Part shown: positions 27,101 to 38,680 of the stretch, piece after piece
How positions within the stretch are numbered: position 1 is the stretch's first letter
Layout: every line of letters starts with the position of its first letter
Source of the DNA: Paraphysomonas bandaiensis
Lineage: Eukaryota; Protista; Chrysophyceae
Reading direction: 5' to 3'
DNA length: 64,000 nt
NCBI GenBank assembly: GCA_965644295.1
Contig: CBFFRP010000309.1
Location: 62,001 to 126,000, forward strand
The notes under the pieces: model-generated
The model's database searches: none
What the model was told of the DNA's origin: nothing
The model's input: only the letters and a program-made list of their open reading frames with translations
Position numbers and translations under genes: made by a program

Positions 27101-27564
27101 ATGACAGCTTTGATAGACTGACTAACGCTGGACTTAGTCCGTCGAAGCAGTCGCACGACCAGCCCAAGGGGCGTGACAGCAGACGTGATTCTACTGATTC
27201 AGTAAGGAAGGCGTCTTTAGAATCACAAGGTACTGACTCTTCGTCGTACAAGCCTCAAAGTTTAGGGAAATCTCCCGACAAAAAGTGGGAGGACTCTGCT
27301 GAAGATAGACCAGTACGCGTTAACAGCAATTCCCTCCTCTTCTTTCCATCTGACACGCATTCCCGTCAAGATGCATCCGCTGTAAATCCTACTGGTACTT
27401 CAAAATCCGAACATTCTAAAGTGGAAAGTGGTGCGAAGTCTGAAAATGTGGAGAGAAGGCCGTCTCGAAAGAGACAACAAGGGGAGGATCATCAGATATC
27501 TCGAAGTCCTATTGATTTACATAGATCTGCCAAGAACCCGAAGCGAGGCAGTAAAGAGTCCTAG
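12121..27564 (+). CDS. Giant (~4,900 aa) multi-exon surface protein: signal peptide, Kelch-like propeller, (PTGQ)n stalk, REJ/PKD-like, EGF-like, GPS-like, multiple TM segments, long disordered tail
   Basis: Probable exons 12121-12150, 12210-12348, 12400-23216, about nine small exons in 23266-24761, and 24808-27564. Repeats of [16 protein letters not shown]...WVLGG...NDVW; REJ-like [13 protein letters not shown]; EGF-like [16 protein letters not shown]; GPS-like [15 protein letters not shown]; [22 protein letters not shown]. Small-exon boundaries are approximate. Confidence 0.8.
13270..18665 (+). repeat. Coding 12-bp minisatellite encoding ~450 P-T/S-G/C-Q/E/I/V tetrapeptides
   Basis: Seen directly; includes a 216-bp higher-order unit x3 (PTAQ marker at 16425, 16641, 16857). 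Confidence 0.97.
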
Positions 27565-28032
27565 AATGTAGTGGAATGTATAGTCCTAGATAGTTTCATA
27601 TTACCATGATTTCCTGTTTTTTATTCTATGGTTTGTGGTGTCGTAGCGTGATGTATTGAACGAAAGAAAGAGTGTATGGGTCTGCATTGACTTTTGCTAG
27701 AAGTAGAAATATTCTGTACTTTAGTCAATGATACTTCATGATAATAAAGCTTCTATAATGTAGCATATGATGGTGTCTGTCCATTTTATTTTGTCTTGTA
27801 TTTTTGCTAATCAACCTATGACTTTTGTGAAACAGTGAGATTAATAAAAATTTGTTGTGCTTGTGAGTGAGCAGAGCTACGCCATGTGGCATGATTGCTT
27901 CTACTCCCATCGATGTCTTCTAGGTACTGTATCAAGATATAGTTTCTGTGAATTGTTTACTGTGTGTAATAAAGAAAGTTATATCAATAATGTTTGAGTA
28001 TTCAAAACAAATAATGACATCTACTAAAATCT

Positions 28033-28480
28033 CTCAACAAAGTCGGGCTCGCACATTACGTGGTGTTCTGGAGATAAGTACCTGTGATATTTCTCCGGGA
28101 AACTAACGTGAGCTGCAAATATAGTCAGTAGATAATTTTCTTCCCACTCATAGGTAAGTGCATGTGTAGTACAAGGGACACTAATAAGTGCTACATTTGT
28201 AGACGTCTTAAAGCATCCGGGCTGTTCACCTCAAAAACTCAAAAATCCTGAAGTTAGCGGATGTCAAGTATATCAACATTCTGCTTTCTCACTGCGTTTC
28301 CTTCGAATTATAGAGCAAAAGTGGCTGCACGTTGCACCTTGGTGCTGGCGGTGACGCACAAGTAACTTTCGTCGCATTAAATTGTAGGATATAAGAGTTA
28401 AGCACTAGTTCGTTAAATTTCAATGCTAAATTAGTTCTGCTACTTAAACGCCTATTGCTAATAATAAGACATTCACTATT
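28033..28480 (+). repeat. Dispersed repeat family, copy B (related to 9178-9730)
   Basis: Same ordered blocks as copy A, diverged and with indels. Confidence 0.8.
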
Positions 28481-29363
28481 CACTACTACTCAGATGTTTA
28501 TCCTCGTTATGGTGTCACGTACCAGAACTCTGTTTTATATTCTGAATAAATAGCTAGTGAACCAGAGAGGGAGAAGCTATTGAACTTGAAGGGCTCACCG
28601 ACGAGTTATTCTTATTTGATAGAGAAAGGAGATGTAATCTATATTCTATATTATGCTCAGCTGAGAACAAGCAGTGGTGGATTATAGAGTGGTTGTATCA
28701 TGGTATGTGCAGCGTTACACAAATAGCTTTCGCAGGTGAAATATCTTATTTCTGGAAGGCATTCTCACAGGTTTCAACTCTTGTTGTCTGATCACCAGCT
28801 ATGAACTATACATCATACTTTCCATCTTGAAACCCAATCACAGTACCATTGGAAGGCATCACTACAACGACTACTTCTTGAATCAGATTCATATCTTTCT
28901 GAAACCTGATATCTATCAACTTCATCCTTAAAATGCCGTATTATTCAAAGTAACTTCTTAATTGCTGATATCTGATTAAACTAGAACCCTTATGTCGCTT
29001 TTTAAAGCTTTGAATCATCCTGTCTTTCTCCTTTTGCTGACTGTTAATAGAATTTGTGGTGTGAAATATTCAATTTCATACTATATGATGATATTATATC
29101 TGTTTCTGGACTATGAGGTGTGTTATGAGAGTTAACCTGTTGATATATGCATGTATAATTCAGTGTGTATGGATGTTACGTCCACATATTTACAGCCACT
29201 TACTATAGCTGTATATTGAAATGTTCAGACACAGTAGGTCACTATATAAAGCATGTTATACACAGTACTGATGAGGTCAGACGTCCTTTCACTCCACTGA
29301 GATATACTCCACTCACTGTACACATGACGCCCTTCAAACTATGATCAGCTCTAAGTCTTTCCA

Positions 29364-29412
29364 CTATTGAAACCTGGTGAAATCAAAAAAGAACTTTACC
29401 AGGTTTCAATAG
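29364..29412. repeat. Short perfect hairpin, 15-bp stem
   Basis: ctattgaaacctggt ... accaggtttcaatag. Confidence 0.8.
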
Positions 29413-29974
29413 AGTAGATATATAACACTGTTTAATTTTGAAACAAGCAATAAAATGCAGACACATGCCCCTAAATTAATACGCTTCATAAAGAGCATCA
29501 CCAAACAAGACACTCCATTTGAAGTAACTCAGTACAAAGTTTTTGTAGAAGATAATTTTCTTTTTAGCATCATGCAGTCGATGCAGTCGATGCAGTCGAT
29601 CACTTTGATCTTGTAGAGCAGCATAACCATCTATGAATTACGAGCATCAACAAAATGAACAGCTTGAGATGCATGAGACCCATCAGTACAGGGATGGTAG
29701 GAGATACAGCCTGCTTCTATTGTCTTAGTGCATGTGGTGATACGGGTGGGCCTCATGCACCTCACGCTGTTTCATACTGTAGATGGTTATGTCTGCTCTG
29801 ACTCCTTTAATACCATGAACCTCATAGAAAACCCCATAAAAACATGAATATCTGGATATTTGGATATTAAATATCTTTACTATAGAAATCTTCGTTCTGT
29901 TCTGTCGAAATTTCGAACCCATATGTGGGATTTCCGAAAGCATCATCAGCAGTGATATGTTTTGTCCACCTCTA

Positions 29975-30024
29975 TTGATTGGTTGACACCATCCCTATGA
30001 ACTTTCCTTTATTTTGATTGGTTG
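29975..30024 (+). promoter_or_regulatory. Two reverse CCAAT-box-like motifs (TTGATTGGTTG x2) upstream of the UNC-93-like gene
   Basis: Identical 11-mer at 29975-29985 and 30014-30024, 200-250 bp upstream of the ATG at 30224. Confidence 0.45.
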
Positions 30025-30223
30025 GTGAGATTGTACTGTATATACAGTACGAGTATATATGTACGTATGTAGATGTCTATATGTACAGGAGCAGTCGCAG
30101 TGTGTCTATTCCACAGTTAAATAAGCAACAAACAACACACAGAATAGGAAACATACTCCACAAAGGATGTTATTATAGAAGATCTTCACGGAGTGTATTG
30201 CAAAGAGTGATCATTGTATAACA

Positions 30224-31513
30224 ATGTCTGATATGCCGTTAGAAATAGCAACTAGTGAAGATATCGATCAGCACATATACAGTAAGAAGTACTGGACATT
30301 TGTTAATGTAGCTACTGGAATATGTGTTGTTAGAGTATGCAGCAATGCAGTGTCATTGTATAACACTGCAGTACTTGGAAGCTGTGGTGGTATCGGTCAG
30401 AGTGTTCAGTATTTGTCCACTGGATTGTTTTCACTGTTTCTTGCTAAGCCAACAGTAGACTCATTGGGATGTAAGAACGTGTTTCTAGTATGTGGTATTA
30501 TGTACGTAGTATATGTACTGTGCTTTCTGGGTGCCGTTCTGTGTCCGAAATACATGTGGGAATTCAATATTCCAGGAAGCGCATTGAACGGAATCGCGGA
30601 ATCGTTGTGGCTTATTGGACAGGGCATATACTACTCTACGTCTGTCACAAGAATACTCAATCTGTGTCCAACACTAGATGACAATACTGTTAGAAGTCAG
30701 TTAGCTGCTACACACTCTACCATATACATGGGGGCTGATACTTCACTACTTATAATTATTACATTTGCGATTAACTTCGTTGGAAATGTCTACAGCTTCT
30801 CTGGCATACTAATCCTATGTATAGTATCAACGATTTATATGTTATCGTTCTCGGATCTCGACGATGGTGGAAGGGGTCATATGAACGTTCATCACCTCGT
30901 GGAAGATGTTGGCCAGACCTTCAATCTGCTCAGGTACGATAGCAGAATAAAGTTGGTCACTCCCTTTCTCCTTGCCTATGGAGCTTGTAATGCCACAGTT
31001 GGTACATACATTACCGGCGTGACTATTGCCACGTCCCCACAGCTTGGTGAGGCATATGTTGGTATTCTAAGTGCGCTGTCTCGTTTGGCTGGCACCTCGT
31101 GCGGCCCAATATACGACTTCATATCAGTGAGACTGGGCAAGGGCAGACATTGGGTAATGCTATGGGGATGCGCAGTATACGCAATATGTGGTGGTCTTAT
31201 TCTTACTCTGTCTACTGCTACATTAGGGGTACCGTTTGTTGCGGTATTATATCAGATACTGTGGGGAACCGGACGGGGAGTCATGGAAAATACATGTCGC
31301 CTCATATTTGCTGAGTTCTTTGCGGCGGACGTGTCTTCTGCCTTTTCATTCTATGCATTCGCAGTCTCGATATGGACTGGTGTTTCATATTTTATCGACG
31401 ATGTCGTATCGTACGATTCAATGGGGACCACTGTGTTGCTGCTCTCAGTATGTGCGGCTGTTTGTTACCATATGGCATACTCGTCGCGATGGGAATATTC
31501 ATACATTAAGTAG
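30224..31513 (+). CDS. UNC-93-like MFS transporter
   Basis: Single-exon 429 aa with ~11-12 hydrophobic helices; GSALNGIAESLWLIGQGIYY and GTGRGVMEN resemble UNC-93 family motifs. Confidence 0.75.
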   Translation: MSDMPLEIATSEDIDQHIYSKKYWTFVNVATGICVVRVCSNAVSLYNTAVLGSCGGIGQSVQYLSTGLFSLFLAKPTVDSLGCKNVFLVCGIMYVVYVLCFLGAVLCPKYMWEFNIPGSALNGIAESLWLIGQGIYYSTSVTRILNLCPTLDDNTVRSQLAATHSTIYMGADTSLLIIITFAINFVGNVYSFSGILILCIVSTIYMLSFSDLDDGGRGHMNVHHLVEDVGQTFNLLRYDSRIKLVTPFLLAYGACNATVGTYITGVTIATSPQLGEAYVGILSALSRLAGTSCGPIYDFISVRLGKGRHWVMLWGCAVYAICGGLILTLSTATLGVPFVAVLYQILWGTGRGVMENTCRLIFAEFFAADVSSAFSFYAFAVSIWTGVSYFIDDVVSYDSMGTTVLLLSVCAAVCYHMAYSSRWEYSYIK

Positions 31514-32249
31514 GATGTCGTTATGATGCTGTTCTGTCAGTTTAGAGGACAGGGTAAGTATCAAACATTTGAAATGTTGTTTCCTCATCACATCATATTG
31601 TGAATCCTTGTTCACAAATATTATGTGCTTGAGTATCACACATTAGTACAGTAGAATCAGCAATAGGTCAACATTGATGCTGCTTGTAACCCATTACGTT
31701 TTCAGAATATTCAGTGCAACTTTAATAGACGGTTGTACTTGGTGATTGACAACACTACAACAGTGATATTAGGCGACCGTATAGTCCAATCGAGAGAATC
31801 CAATCTGCAATCTTATATTGTAGCGGAGTAAGACATGGAATGAAAAAGTATATAAGTATGTAGTAGCGAACCTAACTCAATATATCTCGTGATTTTACCT
31901 CAGTAAATATTTTAATTTACAGTAGTTAACATATACATGACAGCACATTACATCGTGCGTTCTGAATGCGTATGACAAATGTGATCTTTTGTGACAGCCC
32001 AAAATGGGGAAACGAAATATATAATCGTTCCATTAGAGCTTATGATGATTCACTAACATAAGAACGACGCCACACAGCTTGTTAGTAGTATTGATCTAAA
32101 CCACAGTGCACAAAAAAACACCTTAGTAACGCTGCTTTCTTATAGTGATTACGTGACTACTATACAATTACAAGTCTGTATGTCACAGATTCAAGTCTTC
32201 AAACGAATATATAAAACAAAATATATTGCTACAAGTTAACAATGCTAAG

Positions 32250-32726
32250 CTAATCAGAATCTCCATAAGAATTTAACAAATCACCTAGTCCCCCTGAAGT
32301 AGATACATCAAATTTATTTGAATCAGATACGGGATCGTTACTCTTTCCCTCTTCGCTACCAACACTATCAGACTGACGTTTTTTTCTCTTCTTAGCTTTG
32401 ATTTTAACATTGATATTAAGGGTATCACTCTGGCGCTTTTCTTTGAGCACAAAGTTTGTGCCTTCAGAGGCAGAGCTCTGTGCTCTACTGGCATTCAATC
32501 TGAAAGCTGTTAGCTCCTTCTCCTCAAGTATCTTATTACGTCTCTCAATAGCTTTGTACTCTTCCTCTTTAGTCTTCAGATATAATAAGTCAGAAGTATC
32601 ATATGCCCCTGTTTGCTCTGCCCATCGCGGGATATGCCTCGTGATCGCCTCCACCTGCGCTTGCTCGCTGGCACTCTTCGCCTCTTCTAGATTAGTGATG
32701 ATTTTATCTTCTTCATTTGCTGGCAT
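32250..32726 (-). CDS. Small charged nuclear protein, possibly FAM192A/NIP30(Fyv6)-like
   Basis: 158 aa; coiled-coil EEEYKAIERRNKILEEKELTAFR, basic NLS-like KAKKRKKR, C-terminal LGDLLNSYGDSD. Confidence 0.55.
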   Translation of the reverse strand: MPANEEDKIITNLEEAKSASEQAQVEAITRHIPRWAEQTGAYDTSDLLYLKTKEEEYKAIERRNKILEEKELTAFRLNASRAQSSASEGTNFVLKEKRQSDTLNINVKIKAKKRKKRQSDSVGSEEGKSNDPVSDSNKFDVSTSGGLGDLLNSYGDSD

Positions 32727-32840
32727 TGTAATAATCTATCTCACAGAGTCAATGATGAATACAAATGTATTGTCTATAGACTGATCGAGATGTGGAGGCG
32801 CTTAATGTTATACATATATATAACTTGAGATGAGATTCAT

Positions 32841-32910
32841 TGTACAGCAGTACAACAGTACAGCAGTACAGCAGTACAACAGTACAGCAGTACAGCAGGA
32901 CATCAGTACA
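32841..32910. repeat. Low-complexity tandem repeat (cagcagta/caacagta units)
   Basis: Seen directly upstream of the 32726 start codon. Confidence 0.8.
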
Positions 32911-34094
32911 TTAGTACACCATATATATAGCAGTACACTGCCTAGAGACGGACAGCAGTATATACACAGCACTTTTCATGTAGCAGTAAGTACACCATCT
33001 GTACACGTACAATACAGCAGTACATCAGCATATCATACATACATATCTAGATATCCATGTGTATCATACACAGATATCAGGTCATATAACAATCCCTGTG
33101 TATGTAGTGCCCGTAGTGGTCATACATTCAGCGATGTCATATCAACAGTACCTCTGTTAGGCTCTGTCGTCTATTGGATTGGCTCTCTTGATCAATGATT
33201 ATTTATCATCTCTTTCAATTGATAAAGCCAAGGATGAAACCAAGTGCAGTGTCTGTGTATTGAGTACATTTCAACGTAGATTCTATATGATTGATACACA
33301 GCAGAGTCACATGGATACACTATAGGTTATATTTATAGATTAGTGTTAGTTTTAAACACACTGGCTAAAGATGTTAAATTATCTACGATTTAATTTTCGT
33401 ATTATAGGATTTACAAGTTCAGGAAATTGTGTATTACACATTAAGTTAATAAACCATAAGCTCTATCGGGTCTTTATCGAATTTATCGTATATGTTAGTA
33501 CCGGCACCTATATTTGCTAGTACTGACTATGGTAGTCTGATTCCAATCAATTCGAAAAATTCATAGAAAGGGGATTCTAGACTGCGCTGTCCTTGAATGC
33601 AGTAATTACTGAATAAGAGACTTCATCTATGTCAACTATTTATTTATGTTTTAGCTTATAATAGGTTGAACTTTGTAAGTTTTTATAGTTCGTCGAAAAT
33701 CAGTTTTTTTATTTTCTTGAAAACTGTAAATTTAAGTATAACGGGTATTGGTATTTTTTAATGATAAAAATTGCGAAGCCATTCGTCCAAGTAGCGGCGA
33801 TCTTCCTGTTGTTTCCAGATATCACTTGTCGGACTTGGCACAAGAAGTGTTAGGGAAATGTCATACTTGCCCCACTCGGGCAAAACGGGATACTCAAATT
33901 ATGAACACCCTTATTCGGAAATGTGTATTCATAATAATAAAATAAACTTACCACACTTAATATTCAAAACGTGCACAGTGTGGAAACTAAGCTAAGGCGT
34001 GTATAATAACTAGTGGCAATTCTAATACTGCATATAAATTTTCATTCGCCTAATGACCACTTCTGCACACCACAATGACCGAAGTCAGCTACTA

Positions 34095-35255
34095 CTAAAC
34101 AACGTGATACCCCATGGCTCGTTTAACCTTTCGCAAGTTGTGCTCTGCAACTGCATTTGCGTGATTTCTACCATCCGCTAATATGGCGGATAATTTCTCA
34201 TCGTCCTGAATAATATCATGGTATCTAGTCTGAATAGGTGTTAAGTGCTCTACAACAGCCTCTGTCAGGAGAGGCTTAAATTGTCCCCAGTTCATATCTG
34301 CTACACTCCTCTCCACTTCTTCCTTACTCAACCCCGTCATAGCCTGATAGATGCCTAACAAATTGCTGCATTCCGGGCGGTCTTCTCTCCACTCTATTCC
34401 TTTGAAAGAATCAGTTTTGCAACGTTTAATTTTTTTCCGAATGACATCGGGGGGATCAAGTATGTTAATTCTAGAGCCATCACTGTCACTACTTTTCGAC
34501 ATTTTGGACCGTCCATCTAGCAAAGACATTACTCGCGCCCCACTTTCCATAATTAGCGCATCTGGCTCCCGCAATACCGGCTTATTTTTTTTACCATATT
34601 GATCGTTAAACCGCCGGCATATATCCCGACATAGCTCTAGGTGCTGCCTCTGGTCCTCACCCACAGGTACCAAACTGGTGTCGTATAACAATATGTCAGC
34701 TGCCATAAGCACAGGGTAGTTCAATAACCCCGCATGGACATTATCACCCTGCTTTATTGCCTTCTCTTTGTACTGAATCATACGTTCTAACCAACTCATA
34801 GGTGTGATACAATTCAGAAGCCATGCTAACTCAGCGTGGGCAGACACGTGACTTTGAACAAATATGTGACTTTTTTCGGGATCGATTCCTTAAGCACATG
34901 TTTAAAATACGTTAATGGAAAAATAAACTCACATACCAGCAGCAATGTATATAGCAGCCGCTTGTAGCGTTTCTTCTTTTAGTTTTTTAACGTTATGTGG
35001 CACAGTAATGGCGTGCAAGTCAACTACACAGAAGAAGTTTTCGTAGTTGTTTTGATTGGCCACCCACTGCTTTAAAGCACCTATACATCTGTCACACAAT
35101 ATTGACAGTCATCAATATATTCTCGCACCAATATAATTGCCAATGTGCAGAGATCCTGTGGGTTGTATTCCGGATAAGACCCGCTGCTTTGCAGGGGAAG
35201 AGAAACTTCTGAAATATGACCGATTAAGCATACAAGCGAGTGTCTTTAGATGCAT
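34095..35255 (-). CDS. trpS: Organellar (bacterial-type) tryptophanyl-tRNA synthetase (exons 35255-35129, 35080-34937, 34888-34095)
   Basis: SGIQPTGSLHIGNY (HIGH motif), VVDLHAIT, FVQSHV, YPVLMAADILLY, VPVGEDQRQHLE, KMSKS; two GT-AG introns. Confidence 0.95.
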
Positions 35256-35380
35256 TCTAAGGATACTAATAGAGGGTTGGTACTATCTGATGTGGGCGTT
35301 CCACCAATCTGCTCAACAGAGGCAGTGTATGTCTGCAATATAGTCTATTCCATATACTATCCAGTCAGTCCCAGTCCACA

Positions 35381-35558
35381 ACTATATACCACACTACTAT
35401 GTACCACACTGCTCCGTGTACCAGACTACTATGTACCACACTACTATACACCACACCACTATATACCACACTACTTTGTGTACCACACTACTATATACCA
35501 CACTACTTTGTGTACCACACTACTATATACCACACTACTTTGTGTACCACACTACTAC
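35381..35558. repeat. Minisatellite of 15/17-bp units (tactatataccacac / tactttgtgtaccacac)
   Basis: About 11 units, alternating as a 32-bp higher-order unit in the 3' half. Confidence 0.9.
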
Positions 35559-35631
35559 GATATGTACTCTATACAGCAGTACAGTACCGGAGTATCTATA
35601 GACATATAATAGGTACACAACACTCTAGCTA

Positions 35632-35807
35632 GGAGACGTTTTTCGACAAAGCGGACGAGTCTGGTCCCACTTCATTTTTTTGTATTGCGTTTTTCGTATG
35701 GAACATGAGTGTAGAGCTTGAAATTGTGGTCAAAATGAGTACAATTTTTTTATTTCGAGTGAGTCCGACAAGTGGAGGGCTGGTCCACTTTGTCAAAAAA
35801 CGTCTCC
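35632..35807. mobile_element. MITE with ~28-bp TIRs, TA (or CTAG) target duplication
   Basis: GGAGACGTTTTTCGACAAAGCGGACGAG versus the reverse complement of the right end, GGAGACGTTTTTTGACAAAGTGGACCAG (3 mismatches); CTAG on both sides. Confidence 0.75.
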
Positions 35808-36231
35808 TAGGAGGTTCCTAATGTATTACAAGTGTACTCCTGTATACTCTACAAAATACATCATACTCTCCTACTTGTAAAATACACTGTATTCCACACT
35901 AGACTACAGCTCTATATATGTAACGGTTAACCGTTTTTTAGATATTGAATGTGTTTTTTTATATGAAAACTAGCGTAGAATTTAGTTTAGTATGTAAATC
36001 TGTGTAGAGTTTGGAGAGCGTGTATATACAGCAGCACACAGCAGCACTGCTGCATGATCCTCTGCAGAGGTGCAGTTGGAGTCTATATACATACATGAGA
36101 CGATAGTTGCATTGTTTATACATATAATTGCATGCTATATATGTATATATATAACTACAATAGGAATTACACATATAGCATATGCCATTCACTGTTGTGA
36201 CTTTATTCCACGTGTTGTTTGAATAGAAATC

Positions 36232-38680
36232 ATGATAGAAAACAAGGAAGAAGTCATTAAGAAATGCGAAGAGTTGATAAGAAGTTTCAATCCTGTTACT
36301 CATTCAATTGATACACATATTCAAGATCAACTTACAAAAAAACTGAAAGTAAGAATGTATATTTTATAATTATGTAACTGTATCTTATGCATGTTTGCTG
36401 CAGCTGTCAGATGACGAGAAGATGTTCATACAGCAGGTTGTGTATGGCTGGTATCGCGAAAGACGTGCACTGGAAAGTTTTTCTGATAACTTTTTTGCTG
36501 ATAATGCTGCATTTGTATCAAGAGCAGATAAAACGATGTATATCATATTTACCTACATTGCTGTATATCGCTTAGAAGACTTTGGATTCAACCATTTTAA
36601 GGCTCTGGCGGGAACACAAGACCCCACTAAAATGTTTAATCTTATATCATATCTCTTCAATACGGTACGGATTGCTTTCTCGTTAAAGTATGATCCTAAC
36701 GAAGTTACAATATAGGACAACCTCTGGTCCTGTTTGCGTGCGGATTGGATGAAAACATACGACCTGACATATGTAGAGGATGAGCTCATAGCTGGTATTG
36801 AAGCCTTCATTCCTGAAGCAGATAAGTACATGCTGGAGCTTCAGGAAAAGGCTCAAGGACTGGCAGCTGCTCAGGCAGCTAAAGAACAGACCCTGAAAGA
36901 GGGAAAAGCTGGTTTGGGCGAGGTCGCGAAGCGTAGCACCACTAAGGCAGTGTCACCGAAGCTAACCCGACCTCGACCACCCCGTTTCCCCGAGCCAGTG
37001 CAGATTACGCAAAACGTCAGTCTGTGCTACCGTGCATCTCTTCAACTTTTTCTCAACCATGTAATATAGGTTACAGTGAATGAAGTGCCTTCTAATTTGG
37101 ATCGTATCTCGGTGGCCCAGCTGGAAGAACAGAGACAGAAGCAGCTCGAAGTAACTAGAAAGAAGACTGCGGCACAGTATAATGAAAAATATCAGTTCCA
37201 GCTGAGCACCACAAAGGGCGGACGAAACATTGATGACTTACGAGAAGAAATGGAAGAAAAGCAGAACAGAGAGTTACAATTTGACTCTTCTTTTGTAAAT
37301 GAACCGCCAGATTTCTCGAAAATACCAGCGAAAGTTCGTCTGAATGCTGCTTCAATACTTAGAGAGGACGCCTTGTATAAGAAGCAACAGGCGAAGGATG
37401 TTGAACTGTTGAAACAGTATGAATGGGAGTTAAGAGACTGCTCAGAGTATTACACATGGCAAAAGGAAATGAAGGATCGGGATGAGGTTATGAAGCTGCG
37501 ACAAGTGGCTATGAGGAGGGAACAAGCTAAAGCGAGTGCAGAGGAGGCCAAGGAGGCCATGACCCGACAACGAGAAGACAATAAAGCGGTGGCAGATGTA
37601 CTCCGACAGCAAGCAGAAGCAATAAAACTCCAGAAGGAGCTTGAAGATGAAATACGCGTGCTACAGAACCAGGAGCTAGCCAGTAATGTTATCGCTGTGA
37701 GAGATACGAAACCTCGAGAGGCCAAAAAGAAAGTATTGGAGGAGCGGCTCGTGGCTGTGAAAAAGTTGAAAGAGGAGCTCGAGCAGAAGCAAAGGGAGAA
37801 GGAGACAGAAGATGCAATTGAAGAGGAGCGTCGTGCAGATCGAATCAGACAACTCAGAGCCCTAAATACGGTTCATAAAAAGCATATTAAGGTATTTGAC
37901 CCAACTGAAACTGCGGGTACTATGGTGATGGACGAGATGTCCTATATGGAGATGAAGGAGCGTCTTGAGATGGAGAAGACACGTGCAGCAACTGTAGTAG
38001 CGAACAAAAACCAGGAGATCCTGGAGGCAAAGGAAAAGAAGGCCCATGATCTGGAAGAGAAAGCAAAAGGTATAATGCGGGCGAGAGAGGTGAAAGCACA
38101 AGCTACCCGGGCAGCTATGCAAAGACGCAAGGAACAGGAGAAACGTGAGGCAGAAGAGAAAGAGAAAGCCCGCGCAGCCGCTGCAGCAGCTCTGGAGGAT
38201 GAATTAAGGCAAAAGCGCCAAGCGAAAAAGCAAGAACAGGATGCACTGATTGCCGAGGCGGAGAGAGTCAAGCGTCAGCAGCAATACTTGGGAGCGGCGA
38301 TGGGCCGAGTGGATGAGACCAGGGCAGAGCAGATTCTTTTGGGCCAAGAGAGAGAGGCTAAGGTCATTCAGTCCAGAATAAAGGAGGAGGCGGTTAAGAG
38401 AGAAAAAGCTTACGCGTCAGATCTCACCAACAGGAGAGAAGCTGCGCGAAAAGAGAAGCGGGAGAAAGTGGCTCTGATGGCTGAAAAGGACATGGAAGTC
38501 CTTAGAGAAAGGAGAGTTGCCATAGGAAAGATGAAAGACGATTATCATAGAAAGAAGCAGATGGTCAAGGAGGGACGCAAACAGCACGAGAAAACACATG
38601 CAGTCAAGGTAGAGCACAATTTATATGCTGCCCGGATTACAGCCGAATCATTAGCAAAGAGTAGAGCTCATAAGGCGTAA
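36232..38680 (+). CDS. CFAP99: Cilia- and flagella-associated protein 99 (four exons)
   Basis: N-term LIRSFNPVTHSIDTH, YRLEDFGF, WMKTYDLTYVE, LNAASILREDALY, LRDCSEYYTWQ, long coiled coil with FDPTETAG..EMSYMEMKERL; introns near 36349-36403, 36664-36714, 37015-37069. Confidence 0.85.

Noticed and set aside
28500-29350. Possible LTR or TE remnant downstream of repeat copy B
   Set aside because: No second copy, paired termini or protein motif could be established.
35381-35558. Regular repeats that might suggest a CRISPR array
   Set aside because: Head-to-tail units without unique spacers, no cas genes, eukaryotic context.
33823-35774. 13-bp inverted match (cacttgtcggact) between 33823 and the MITE at ~35762
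   Set aside because: Matches of this length are expected by chance in 64 kb.
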